A stretch of DNA of 64,000 nucleotides from an uncultured candidate division Zixibacteria bacterium. GTDB taxonomy: Bacteria > Zixibacteria > MSB-5A5 > UBA10806 > 4484-95. Shown piece after piece: positions 10,020-20,201 of the stretch. The position numbers were made by a program, and so were the translations under genes. The notes under the pieces were generated by a model, which saw nothing but the letters and a program-made list of their open reading frames with translations, had not been told where the DNA came from and did no database searches. The first letter of the stretch is position 1; every line of letters starts with the position of its first letter. The stretch covers positions 1-64,000 of the forward strand of contig CAXXKA010000009.1 of the NCBI GenBank assembly GCA_963668625.2. Direction: 5' to 3'.

Positions 10020-11081
10020 TTACCACTCTTGAGCCAGCAATGAATCATATAAATTAGACATCATTTTTGCATTATCCAGCCAATTGTATTCGCGTTCGAC
10101 TTTTGCTCTTCCGTTTGTACCGTGAGTTCTTCGAAGCTCCTCTGATTCGATATATTTTATAAGGGCTTTTGTTAAATCCTCAACATCACCCGGTTTTATT
10201 AGAGTACCTGTTATTCCATCATCCACGACCTCAGGCAAACCGCCGATTTTGGATGCAATAACCGGCAACCCGGTTGCCATCGCCTCCACCGCCGCCACGC
10301 CGAAAGTTTCGCCCTCCTCCACAGAGGGCATAACGAAGATATCAAACTCGTTTAGATATTCAACAACTTTCTCGTTCGGAACAGCGCCGGTAAAAGTCAC
10401 GTACTCATCTAATTTCAAATCCTTTACTAATTTCTCCAGATCCTGTCTGATGATACCATCACCGACAATAGTCAACCTGCAGTCATAACTTTTACCGATA
10501 CAGGCCGCCGTTGCTCTTATCAAATACTCGATACCGTATTTGGGAGTGAGATTGCGAACAGTGCCTATCCTGATGATATCTTTATTGGCTCTTTTTATAT
10601 AGTGATAGTGCCCCAGGTCTACTCCGAATGGTATTACCTGAATATCCTTCTTTCGACCGATCAACTCGATAGTACTTTTTTCGAGCATTCCACTGGTCGC
10701 GGTTACGCGATCGGCACAATTGATCGATTTCCTGACAACCCATTTGTGCAACGGCGATCGAAACGGGAATTTAAGTATATCATCACCCCATACCGACAGC
10801 ACGAATGGATGAAAACCGGAAAGCGCAGCAAGCAAGCCGCAACTGGTGGCAAAATGGGCATGAACGATATCAGGCTCGAAATCTTCTATCAGCTTTTTTA
10901 TTTCGCCAAGTTTAAAAAAAACTAGGTTTTTATTAGTTACAGGCAGGTATTCAATCCGTACGCAGTCAATTGGATTGGTTTTATAAAAACTAATCAATAA
11001 AATATCGTTTTCCTTCTTAAAGTATTCAATCCACTTTAACGTATGTATCGAGGCGCCGAATGCGATGTACATTAGTTTCAT
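10020..11081 (-). CDS. Glycosyltransferase family 4
   Basis: HAHFATSCG, SVWGDDI, ETFGVAAVEAMATGLPVI. Confidence 0.92.
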   Translation of the reverse strand: MKLMYIAFGASIHTLKWIEYFKKENDILLISFYKTNPIDCVRIEYLPVTNKNLVFFKLGEIKKLIEDFEPDIVHAHFATSCGLLAALSGFHPFVLSVWGDDILKFPFRSPLHKWVVRKSINCADRVTATSGMLEKSTIELIGRKKDIQVIPFGVDLGHYHYIKRANKDIIRIGTVRNLTPKYGIEYLIRATAACIGKSYDCRLTIVGDGIIRQDLEKLVKDLKLDEYVTFTGAVPNEKVVEYLNEFDIFVMPSVEEGETFGVAAVEAMATGLPVIASKIGGLPEVVDDGITGTLIKPGDVEDLTKALIKYIESEELRRTHGTNGRAKVEREYNWLDNAKMMSNLYDSLLAQEW

Positions 11082-11766
11082 AGGATAATCCTGTCAATAA
11101 TCCCCTTAGTATTAACGAACTATTACTTAGATAAAACGCAGCTAGAAACTCATGCCTCTACTCTTGCATTTACCCGTTTTTAGCCTCACTATTATATACA
11201 ATTCTGCAATAGCGGACAACAAATCATTTATTATAATATTGAAGTCACTACTTTCCGAGTTTTTACATTATGTTTAGCAATATCGTATGTTGCCCAATCG
11301 CATGAATATAGAATATTTTCGGAAGTGGATGGAACAGAACAGAAGGGCTGAAATTTGCCGGAATATTCGATTAATAAACGCTTGCGCTATTGATGTCCGA
11401 TTGAATCTAATAGCCTTTTTGATAATTCTCTTACTATATTGATCGCTTATTTTGTTGGAAAAGGACTGACAGGAGTATATTGGAGTAATAATAAATATTT
11501 AATATCGTGTACAGCCACACCTATATATGGAGCACACTACTTATATCGCCGGAATTTATTCCCACAATAGCTGATAACAATGAATATTGTATTTCATACT
11601 TGGACTATGTAAATATATTGCCAAGTGTTATTGAAAGCACGTATCTAATACATATAAAATCGTATATTAGTCATTAAGAACTCAACTTATATAGAATTCC
11701 GTCCCCTCAGTGAAAACTTATTTATTTACAAGAGGTTATAATTTCCGATTGATATAAAGAAGGAAT

Positions 11767-13008
11767 ATGTATATATTCTATCAGTATTTCATGGTCAAGT
11801 TGATGAAGAAAGAAACGCTAATAATACTATTCAGCCCGAGCGAATGGCTCCAATTTACAAGACGTCCTCATTGGCAACCTGTAAATGAATATTGTCCTCT
11901 TCTAATAATCGAGCCACCGGTAGGTATTATTTTCTTATTTCTACATATTGAGAGATTTTTTAATTATCTGAAATACGGTCATAAAATTAGAAAAAACGAG
12001 AACGGCATTTTATTTTACAGACCGTTTTCTTTAGGTACCTATGGTGTAAATTTTAGAATTCCGTTATTAGCGAAATTGGATCGGTTAATAATCGGTTTTC
12101 AATTGAATCATCTAATTAAAAAACAAGGTTTTAATAGTAAAAAACTGATTACCTATATAAATAAAGTTCAACAATACAATATTGTTGATTGTATTAAGTA
12201 TTCTAAAATTCTATATGAGGTTACTGATGAATACAGAGTTCGAGAAGGTGATGCTAATCTTATTGAGTCAAATCCATACACCGAAAAAATGATGAACGTG
12301 GAAAAATACATTTTAGATAAAGCTCATTTAGTTATAGCAAGTTCGAAAAAACTTCATCAAAGCAAACTTAAATACAATAAAAACACTTTTTATATATCTA
12401 ATTCAGCAGATTTCAAGCATTTTTATAAATCAACAGATTCCTCATTACCAATTCCTGTAGTAATAGATAAAATCAGTAAGCCAATTCTGGGCTATATTGG
12501 AAACATTAATGAAATTATCGATATCGAATTACTATGTGAGATTGCTCAAAATAGACCGACATGTAGTATCGTTCTTATCGGAAAAATAAATGGGCGCAAA
12601 CACTGGGCAAATCAAGAAGTATATGGCAAATTACTAAAGTATAGAAATATTCACTATTTGGGCTTCAAAAAATACTCCGACCTGCCGAGATATTTAAAGG
12701 CTTTCGATGTATGTTTGATGCCATTTAGGGATTGTGAATGGATGAGAAATGCCTCACCTAATAAAACATATCAATATCTTTCCTCAGGTAAACCCGTAGT
12801 ATCTACATATTTTCCTGAAGTTGAGGGGATGGAAGATGTTATCTATATATGTAATAACCATGATAGTTTTTTAGGATCAATAGACATTTCTCTTAATGAA
12901 AATAATCGAGATATCAAAAAAATGCGTATTATGATTGCTCAAAACAACAGCACAGAGAAGAGAGCGAAAAAAGTAATTGACCTCTTGAGAGAAGTACTAC
13001 TCGATTAG
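11767..13008 (+). CDS. GT-B glycosyltransferase (TuaH-like), AT-rich
   Basis: RRPHW, LGYIGNI, FDVCLMPF, SPNKTYQYLSSGKPVVST; exact start uncertain. Confidence 0.82.
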   Translation: MYIFYQYFMVKLMKKETLIILFSPSEWLQFTRRPHWQPVNEYCPLLIIEPPVGIIFLFLHIERFFNYLKYGHKIRKNENGILFYRPFSLGTYGVNFRIPLLAKLDRLIIGFQLNHLIKKQGFNSKKLITYINKVQQYNIVDCIKYSKILYEVTDEYRVREGDANLIESNPYTEKMMNVEKYILDKAHLVIASSKKLHQSKLKYNKNTFYISNSADFKHFYKSTDSSLPIPVVIDKISKPILGYIGNINEIIDIELLCEIAQNRPTCSIVLIGKINGRKHWANQEVYGKLLKYRNIHYLGFKKYSDLPRYLKAFDVCLMPFRDCEWMRNASPNKTYQYLSSGKPVVSTYFPEVEGMEDVIYICNNHDSFLGSIDISLNENNRDIKKMRIMIAQNNSTEKRAKKVIDLLREVLLD

Positions 13009-13114
13009 TTGAAAAATCAATGCTGACCTAAGCCTATCCTGAGGTTTCCCCCAAAAACTGGACAATTGTTTAAGGTGGTATTAAATTAGTAGAAATGTCC
13101 AGAAAGGGTAATTG

Positions 13115-13399
13115 ATGAAGCGAAGTCGATACAGCGGGGAGCTTAAAGCAAAAGTAGCCATAGAGGCCATTCGCGGTCAGAAGACCGTTAATCAGATAGC
13201 CTCGGAATACGAAGTACACCCTAATCAGGTTGGTATGTGGAAGAAGCAGGCTTTACAGTCTCTCCCGGAAGCCTTTTCTAACGGCAAGGCCAAGTTGCGG
13301 GAGGATGAGCAAGCCAGGATGGATGCTCTCTATCAGGAGATTGGTAAGCTTCAGGTGGAGTTGGCATTTCTAAAAAAAAGGAGCGGGCGTCTCGCCTGA
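13115..13399 (+). CDS. IS3 OrfA (HTH)
   Basis: KAKVAIEAIRG..TVNQIASEYEVHPNQV..WKKQ; A8G run near the 3' end. Confidence 0.9.
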   Translation: MKRSRYSGELKAKVAIEAIRGQKTVNQIASEYEVHPNQVGMWKKQALQSLPEAFSNGKAKLREDEQARMDALYQEIGKLQVELAFLKKRSGRLA

Positions 13400-13403
13400 G
13401 GAT

Positions 13404-14282
13404 TTGAGGAATCTGGTGGAACGATCAAACCCGGACATTTCAATTAGCCGTCAGTGCCAGCTTTTGGGGCTTCCCCGTTCAAGCTACTACTACCGGCCTA
13501 CTGGGGAAAGCGATTTGAACCTGACACTTATGCGTCTGCTTGACGATCAATATACCAGGACCCCGTTTTACGGCAGTCCTAAGATGACACTCTGTCTAAA
13601 GTCTCAGGGATATGATATAAATCACAAGCGGGTTGAACGTCTGATGAGGATTATGGGTCTTCAAGCTGTTTACCCTAAACCAAATACGAGCAAGCCTTGT
13701 CCGTCTAACAAGATATATCCGTATCTTTTACGCGATGTCCTGATTGATCATGTTGACCAGGTCTGGAGCGCCGATATCACGTATATTCGTCTTAGCCGGG
13801 GCTTTCTCTATCTGGCGGCAGTGATTGATTGGTTCTCGCGTTACGTTCTTGCCTGGCGTTTGTCCAATACTCTTGAGAGCTCTTTCTGCGTGGAGGCATT
13901 GGAGGAATCGTTGGATGGCAAACAGCCGGAGATATTCAACAGCGATCAGGGAACACAGTTTACCGACAAGGATTTCACCGGTGTACTGCAAGACAAGCGG
14001 ATCGCTATCAGCATGGACGGTCGCGGTCGGTATCTTGACAATATTTTTGTCGAGCGTCTGTGGAGATCGGTCAAGTACGAGGAGGTTTATCTTCACGATT
14101 ACCAGACGCCGGCGGAGGCTTACCTCGGTTTGAAGAGGTATTTCGAATTCTACAACACCGAACGTTTCCATCAGGCCTTAAACGGCAAGACGCCTTATGA
14201 GGTTTATAATTTAAATTCAAAAAAGGAATCGATTAAACAGAAAAATAATGGACTAATACTTAGAAATTCCACCTTATTTTAG
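13404..14282 (+). CDS. IS3 OrfB, DDE transposase
   Basis: WSADITYI, IDWFSRY, FNSDQGTQF, DNIFVERLWRSVKYE. Confidence 0.93.
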   Translation: MRNLVERSNPDISISRQCQLLGLPRSSYYYRPTGESDLNLTLMRLLDDQYTRTPFYGSPKMTLCLKSQGYDINHKRVERLMRIMGLQAVYPKPNTSKPCPSNKIYPYLLRDVLIDHVDQVWSADITYIRLSRGFLYLAAVIDWFSRYVLAWRLSNTLESSFCVEALEESLDGKQPEIFNSDQGTQFTDKDFTGVLQDKRIAISMDGRGRYLDNIFVERLWRSVKYEEVYLHDYQTPAEAYLGLKRYFEFYNTERFHQALNGKTPYEVYNLNSKKESIKQKNNGLILRNSTLF

Positions 14283-14287
14283 CTAAA

Positions 14288-15868
14288 TTACTGTCCAAAC
14301 AATGGGGGGAAGCTAATCCTTTTACCAATTACTCTTCTCAATGTATTAAATTGCGGCAACTTGAACATATACGCGAGCCACAAATATGATACAATCCCTA
14401 AAAGACCAAGAATAGTAAGCTTAACAAATATTCCTATAAATGAACTTTGCTCCGGGTAATAATAATTCGCCGCGTACCAAAATGCTGAGGTAATTAATAT
14501 ATTGATAATGGTCTTCATCAGCACAGGATTTACAATATCAGACCTAGAAACTTTCAGTTTTTTGCCCATATCATAATTCATCATAATAAATCCAAGTACC
14601 CAGGAAATCGCAGTAGCAAAAGCCAGACCAAGATGGAGAAAACGAGATATTAAAAGAGCACTGAATATAATTTTAGTTAAGAACATTATTAGTTTTATTA
14701 TGCCAAGTCTTTTATATCTCTGAATAGCATAGTAAAACCTCATTTGATATACATAAATCGATTGAAAAACCAGCGCCAGGGAATAAATAATAAATGGAGG
14801 CGAGGTCAATCGCAATGACTCCTCGTCAAAAGCGCCCCGTTTAAATACTATAGCAATAAAATCTTGTGAAAATACAGCCAATCCGATTCCAATTACTCCG
14901 ATTGCGAATATAATGATATTGATACTTTCGAGATATAATTTCTTTAGCTTCTTATAATCATTATCTTTAAAAAGATCCGCTATAAACGGAAAAGATATTG
15001 AACTGAATGTTATAACGAATAACCTGTTTGGTAATAAAACCAGTATAAAAGCATACCGAAGGGACGAAATATATCCAGCATCAAGGAAGTTACCTGCAAA
15101 ATATCTATCGGCCACCACAAACAGCTGCGAAATACTTTCTATTACTGCGATAAACAATAGTGATTTGTATAAACTTCGTAGCCAGGGATCATAAAACGAC
15201 CACTTGAATTTTATTCCCATCAGCTTTAACGTTACAAATCCATGATATAAGCAAAGGAAAATAGAACTTATAAGCCAGCCGTAAGCTAAAGCCTCGATAC
15301 TCGATTTACTCCTGAACAAAACCAATGATAGGATAACAATTACATTTTGTACAATCCCCATTGTCATAGGAGTAATAAAATGTTTCTTCTCGAACAACCA
15401 ACCCCTGAAATATATTTCCAATCCCTTAAAGAAAATATAAAACGATAATAATAAGGTCAATCTCTGTCCTAGCGCAAATTGAGCCGAATTCAAATCCTGA
15501 TCGATCCATAAGAGTATCTGCTCTCGAAATAGAATAAAAGCGACAACGAATATTCCCAGAATCGTGGTGAAATTGAAAAAACCCGACCAGAAAAGTTTCG
15601 AGTGGTCCTGGTCGTCATCAACCATAGCTTTCTTTACTAAAGGAATAATAGCTGTGGGCAAACAAGAATACAAAACAGACGCAACAAATTCCGGGACTGT
15701 AAAAGCAATTACGAAGGTATCCATCAAGGATGAAGTACCGAAGTAATTAGCCGTTACCGCCTCTCTCACATAGCCCAGGCCGGCGCTAAAAAAATATGCT
15801 ACAAATGAAAATAACGAGGCGCCCACCAGTGATTGTTTTGCAAAATTAATCTTCACGACAGGAATCAC
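14288..15868 (-). CDS. MurJ/MviN-like (MOP superfamily) lipid-linked glycan flippase
   Basis: GLGYVRE..TANYFG, D.FVIAFTVP, ADRYFA, FKRGAFD; about 14 TMs; stop codon lies inside the IS3. Confidence 0.85.
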   Translation of the reverse strand: MIPVVKINFAKQSLVGASLFSFVAYFFSAGLGYVREAVTANYFGTSSLMDTFVIAFTVPEFVASVLYSCLPTAIIPLVKKAMVDDDQDHSKLFWSGFFNFTTILGIFVVAFILFREQILLWIDQDLNSAQFALGQRLTLLLSFYIFFKGLEIYFRGWLFEKKHFITPMTMGIVQNVIVILSLVLFRSKSSIEALAYGWLISSIFLCLYHGFVTLKLMGIKFKWSFYDPWLRSLYKSLLFIAVIESISQLFVVADRYFAGNFLDAGYISSLRYAFILVLLPNRLFVITFSSISFPFIADLFKDNDYKKLKKLYLESINIIIFAIGVIGIGLAVFSQDFIAIVFKRGAFDEESLRLTSPPFIIYSLALVFQSIYVYQMRFYYAIQRYKRLGIIKLIMFLTKIIFSALLISRFLHLGLAFATAISWVLGFIMMNYDMGKKLKVSRSDIVNPVLMKTIINILITSAFWYAANYYYPEQSSFIGIFVKLTILGLLGIVSYLWLAYMFKLPQFNTLRRVIGKRISFPPLFGQ

Positions 15869-15872
15869 CGAT

Positions 15873-16940
15873 TTATATACTATTTAACTTATCGATAATG
15901 CATTCACTGATGGATGATGATGCCAACCGGAAATACTCCATGGGAATGGAGACCGGCGACCAATCGAAATCACGATTAACTATATCTCTGCCTATACAGG
16001 TGACCGCTCCGTACTTCTCCAGTTCGAGCCATTCTGTTTCATCCCTCAAGATATAGGCTCTCTTCCCGAAATATGCCGCCTCCCTCTGGATACCGCCTGA
16101 ATCGGTTATAACTCCCAGGGATGATTTTGTCAGAGCCAGGCTCTCGATTATCCCGACAGGTTTGATGATTTTCATTTTTTCGTTAGATGAAAGCTTGTCG
16201 AGCAAGTTATATTTTTTAAGATTTTTCTCGGTTCTTGGGTGGAGCGGTAGAATAATGCTGTGCGGAATCGAATTCAACCCCTTGATTACCTCGGCCAGAA
16301 ACTCAGGATTATCGGCATTCTCGGCACGATGCATCGTAACCAGGATATATTGATTCTTTTCCAGATCGTATTTCTTCAGAAGAGAGTCGCAAAATTTATC
16401 ATCGGGAGTAATTTTACTAACCAGATCGTAAAGAATATCACCGGTCAAAAAAACGCCGTCAGAGATCCCCTCGTCTGCCAGGTTATCTATTGAGGGTTGA
16501 TCAGGGCAGCACAGGACAACCGAAAGCCTATCGGCAACTATTCTATTAATCTGCTCCGGCAAATTGCTATCTTTCGAACGCAGACCGGCCTCGACATGAG
16601 CGACCGGGATATTATCTTTAGCGGCTGAAACCGCGCCGGCCAGCGTGCTGTTTGTATCTCCGATAACGACTACCATATCCGGCCGTTGGTCGAGATATAC
16701 CTTCTCCATCTCGATCATCATCTTACCGACCTGTGTGGCATGACCGGCGGAGCCGATACCCAGATGACAATCGACTTTCGGCATATTCAATTCCTTAAAG
16801 AAGATATCCGACATTTCGAAATCATAATGCTGCCCGGTATGGATCGTAATCAGTTTCGCTTTCGTACCGAGAATCTCAATCAGAGGAGCGAGCTTGATAA
16901 ATTGCGGACGGGCTCCCACGATAATTGCAAGTTTCTTCAT
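15873..16940 (-). CDS. wecB: UDP-N-acetylglucosamine 2-epimerase (non-hydrolysing; WecB/WbpI-like)
   Basis: GARPQFIK, HTGQHYD, GDTNSTL, HVEAGLRS, TDSGGIQREA. Confidence 0.92.
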   Translation of the reverse strand: MKKLAIIVGARPQFIKLAPLIEILGTKAKLITIHTGQHYDFEMSDIFFKELNMPKVDCHLGIGSAGHATQVGKMMIEMEKVYLDQRPDMVVVIGDTNSTLAGAVSAAKDNIPVAHVEAGLRSKDSNLPEQINRIVADRLSVVLCCPDQPSIDNLADEGISDGVFLTGDILYDLVSKITPDDKFCDSLLKKYDLEKNQYILVTMHRAENADNPEFLAEVIKGLNSIPHSIILPLHPRTEKNLKKYNLLDKLSSNEKMKIIKPVGIIESLALTKSSLGVITDSGGIQREAAYFGKRAYILRDETEWLELEKYGAVTCIGRDIVNRDFDWSPVSIPMEYFRLASSSISECIIDKLNSI

Positions 16941-16941
16941 C

Positions 16942-18045
16942 TCAGCTATAGAATTCCTTTATCGATTCGATTACGTACGATTGTTGATCCTCGGTCATCT
17001 CGGGGAAGACCGGTAATGATATGACTTTATCCGCCAGTTTTTCGCAAACCGGCAAATCGCCCGCCTTGTATCCAAGGTCGCTGAAACATTTCTGAAGGTG
17101 AAGCGGAATCGGGTAGTAAACATCAAAACCGATTTCTTTTTCCGCTAAGAATTGTTTGAGCTTTTCACGGTTTTCCACTACCAGCGTATATTGATGATAA
17201 ATATGATAATTGTATTCCTCGGTATAGGGTGTCATCAAGCCGCTGATACCGCCCAGCTCTTTGTCGTAAGTATGCGCGTGCGCCCGTCTTTCTTCGTGCC
17301 AGGTATTCAAGTATTTGATCTTGACCAACAGGATCGCGGCTTGCATGGTATCAAGCCTGCTGTTGTAGCCTATCACATGATGTACATATTTCGGCCTCGA
17401 GCCAAGCACGCGGAGCATTCGTAAATCATCATCGAGTTTTTCGGAGTTGGTGCTGATAAAGCCGCCATCGCCATAAGCGCCGAGGTTTTTGGTCGGATAG
17501 AATGAAAATCCGGCCAGGTCTCCCAAACCGCCGGCCAACCTGTCATGATATTTAGCGCCGATAGCCTGAGCGGCATCCTCCAGAACGGCCAGCCCATGAG
17601 CTTTAGCGATCTCGTTAATTTTATCCATCTCGGCCACTTGACCAAACAAATGAACAGGCAAGATCGCTTTTGTTTTCGAGGTGATTTTAGCCTCGATTAA
17701 TCCCGGATCGATATTCATTGTCTTTTCATCGATATCACAGAACACCGGCTTTGCGCCGAGGCGGGAGATAACACCGGCAGTAGAGAAAAACGAAAAACTC
17801 GTAGTTATGACCTCATCATCATAACCGACTCCAAGCGCTCGTAGAGAAAGCAGCAGCGCATCCGTGCCCGAGGCAACGCCGATAGAGTAACCGGTCCTGC
17901 AATACTTAGCCAGTTGCTCCTCTAGAATTTTAACCTCAGGGCCGAGCACGAAACCGGAATGCTCCAATACGTTTTGAATCGCCTCGTTAATTTCATCCTT
18001 CAATGCGTTATATTGAAGCTTCAAATCTAATATTGGTACTTTCAT
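16942..18045 (-). CDS. DegT/DnrJ/EryC1/StrS aminotransferase (WbpE-like)
   Basis: SGTDAL, PVHLFGQ, EDAAQAIG, SFYPTKNLGAYGDGG, NSRLD. Confidence 0.92.
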   Translation of the reverse strand: MKVPILDLKLQYNALKDEINEAIQNVLEHSGFVLGPEVKILEEQLAKYCRTGYSIGVASGTDALLLSLRALGVGYDDEVITTSFSFFSTAGVISRLGAKPVFCDIDEKTMNIDPGLIEAKITSKTKAILPVHLFGQVAEMDKINEIAKAHGLAVLEDAAQAIGAKYHDRLAGGLGDLAGFSFYPTKNLGAYGDGGFISTNSEKLDDDLRMLRVLGSRPKYVHHVIGYNSRLDTMQAAILLVKIKYLNTWHEERRAHAHTYDKELGGISGLMTPYTEEYNYHIYHQYTLVVENREKLKQFLAEKEIGFDVYYPIPLHLQKCFSDLGYKAGDLPVCEKLADKVISLPVFPEMTEDQQSYVIESIKEFYS

Positions 18046-18800
18046 TTTTTCTCCCAATTCTGATTTTTCAAAAGTTGATCATCGGGAACATCCCTGAATG
18101 GTTTGGCCGGGATACCGGCGACAATAACTTTGTCGGGCGTGTCCCTGGTAACCAACGCCCCGGCGGCGACAAGACTGTCAGAGCCGATCGTAAGCCCCGG
18201 CAATATCACGGAGGCCACTCCGATACGTCCACCCTGTTTGACCGTCACGCCTTTGAAATGCTTGAACCTTTCCTCTGTTCTGCCAACGTAGTTATCATTG
18301 GAGGTGGCAACACAGGGAGCTATAAAAACTCTATCCTCAACCACGGAGTAAGCGGTTAGATAAACATTGGTCTCGAGTTTACAATAAGAACCGATTTTAC
18401 AGAAATTTTCCACGGCAACTCCTCTACCGATTATCGTAAAATTCCCGACCGTAACGTTTTCCCGCACGGTCGAAAGATCGGCTACCAGCACTTTCTCGCC
18501 GAGACTGCAACCTCGATAGACGATCACGGAAGTTCCGATTATACAATTATCGCCGATTCGAAGAGGCGGTAACTCCTGGAGCCTGGTAACGGCCGTATTA
18601 GCGGCTTTCATAGGCAGCTTTCCTAAAACCGTATTGTCGTCGATTCTCACGTTTTTGCCGATTTTGGTATCCTGATGAATAACCACATTATTTCCTATAA
18701 CACAACCGGAACCGATTTCCACGTTATCATCGATAACACAGAATTCGCCCAATTGGATATCATCAGGTAACATAGCTGAATTACTTATCGCGTTAGGCAT
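18042..18800 (-). CDS. Hexapeptide-repeat N-acetyltransferase (WbpD-like)
   Basis: Left-handed beta-helix repeats (IGSGCVIGNNVVI), C-terminal AGALVTRD..AGIPAK. Confidence 0.85.
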   Translation of the reverse strand: MPNAISNSAMLPDDIQLGEFCVIDDNVEIGSGCVIGNNVVIHQDTKIGKNVRIDDNTVLGKLPMKAANTAVTRLQELPPLRIGDNCIIGTSVIVYRGCSLGEKVLVADLSTVRENVTVGNFTIIGRGVAVENFCKIGSYCKLETNVYLTAYSVVEDRVFIAPCVATSNDNYVGRTEERFKHFKGVTVKQGGRIGVASVILPGLTIGSDSLVAAGALVTRDTPDKVIVAGIPAKPFRDVPDDQLLKNQNWEKK

Positions 18801-18942
18801 TTCATCTTACCCCATTATCATCCTATTTCGACTTATCATAGATAAATCATGCCTGATAATTTAGCATATGGTTTCATGATAAACCGGGTTAATTCCAGCA
18901 AAGAAATAAAATATAACAAAGCTTTTCGAATCCCGTATTTCG

Positions 18943-20196
18943 TTAGGATGTTTGACCACCACTACCCCCTTTCCTGGAGGCAAATAATGACCTGAAGGCA
19001 TAGAAATCATCCTTCACGGAATTCATAGCTTTTTCTAGCTGTTTGTAAGCTTCAGAATTTTCCTTTTTCTGTATATCTAAAAATTCTTTCGCGAATATCG
19101 CGACCGTAGTCATCATTAAAGCTAAAATACCTGCGACCAGGCTCATCACTAACCTCTTAGGCCGGCTTCTCCGCTCCGGAACACGAGGCGGGTCGAGTAC
19201 TTGTATGGTGGGAGTATCTCTTTTTTCGCCAATCTTAGCCTGTTCGTATTGTTGAGTAAGCAACTCGAAAATTGTTTCCTGAATTTTCAATTCGCGGGTT
19301 AGCCTTGCCAGCTCCAGGCCAAGATCGGGAGCCTCGGAAAAGGGAATGGAAAGAAAATTATCATCACCGCTATCGCCATTGCCGTTTTCCAATATTTCAA
19401 GCTGCTTTTTTATTTCCTCTATTTCGACTTTTTTTTGTAAAACTTTCGTATGGGTTGGCTGAAGAGTATTGCTAAATACACCTAGTTCGATTTCAGACAT
19501 CAATAATTTGCTTTTCAACTCCGCCACATTACTGATCATGGCATTAACCTGGCTGTCCAGCGATATGGTTTTATGTTTCTGTTGAAAATTCTTATAATCT
19601 TCCTCGGCGTTTTTCAGATCGACTTTCGTTTGTAATAACCTGCTCTCGATAAACTGCCTCGTAGCTCTTGCTTTATCAACCCTCACATTTTGATTGATAC
19701 GATTTAACTCATCAACGAATGAATTTACCAACCTGACGGCTCGTTCAGGATCCTTATCTTCAACGTTGACCCGAATCATGCCATTCGGCTCGATGGCTAC
19801 ATTTAGATGGCCGCTTAGTTCGATTACGGCCAGCTCCATGGACCTCTTATCATATACCTCTTGAAGATCATTCTCCTTGATTACATTTTCCGCAACGATT
19901 CTGCTTTGCAAAACAGATGCATAAACATCGGAAAGTGTAGCGAAAGAAGGTAATGACATTCCCGAACCTGAGATCAACGATCCTAATCCACCGCCCAGAA
20001 GAGAGGAGGCAAGTCCCATAGAGCCACTATCTTTTTCAGGAGGGAAAAGCAGTGCGCTCGAGGAATAATATTTTGGTAAAAATAGCGCTATAACATAGGT
20101 TATAAATACGGCTGCAACGAATACGAATGCAAGAATCCGGCGCCACTTGATGAACGTATTGAATATTCCCCAGGTTGCCATATAGTTTTTTTCCAT
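18943..20196 (-). CDS. Wzz/Wzc-N polysaccharide chain-length regulator (GNVR domain)
   Basis: Two TMs flanking a coiled coil; IQVLDPPRVPERRSRPKR. Confidence 0.87.
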   Translation of the reverse strand: MEKNYMATWGIFNTFIKWRRILAFVFVAAVFITYVIALFLPKYYSSSALLFPPEKDSGSMGLASSLLGGGLGSLISGSGMSLPSFATLSDVYASVLQSRIVAENVIKENDLQEVYDKRSMELAVIELSGHLNVAIEPNGMIRVNVEDKDPERAVRLVNSFVDELNRINQNVRVDKARATRQFIESRLLQTKVDLKNAEEDYKNFQQKHKTISLDSQVNAMISNVAELKSKLLMSEIELGVFSNTLQPTHTKVLQKKVEIEEIKKQLEILENGNGDSGDDNFLSIPFSEAPDLGLELARLTRELKIQETIFELLTQQYEQAKIGEKRDTPTIQVLDPPRVPERRSRPKRLVMSLVAGILALMMTTVAIFAKEFLDIQKKENSEAYKQLEKAMNSVKDDFYAFRSLFASRKGGSGGQTS

Positions 20197-20201
20197 TTTA
20201 T

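Larger units (their letters stand above)
13040..14315 (+). mobile_element. IS3-family insertion sequence, apparently complete
   Basis: Imperfect terminal IRs (GAGGTTTCCCCCAAAAACTGGACA / TGTCCAAACAATGGGGGGAAGCTA); flanking direct repeat ATCC(T) at 13036-13040 and 14316-14320; carries orfA + orfB. Confidence 0.92.

Noticed and set aside
11082-11766. Possible pseudogene or ops/JUMPstart element in the long intergenic region
   Set aside because: No recognisable protein motif or GGCGGTAG element seen
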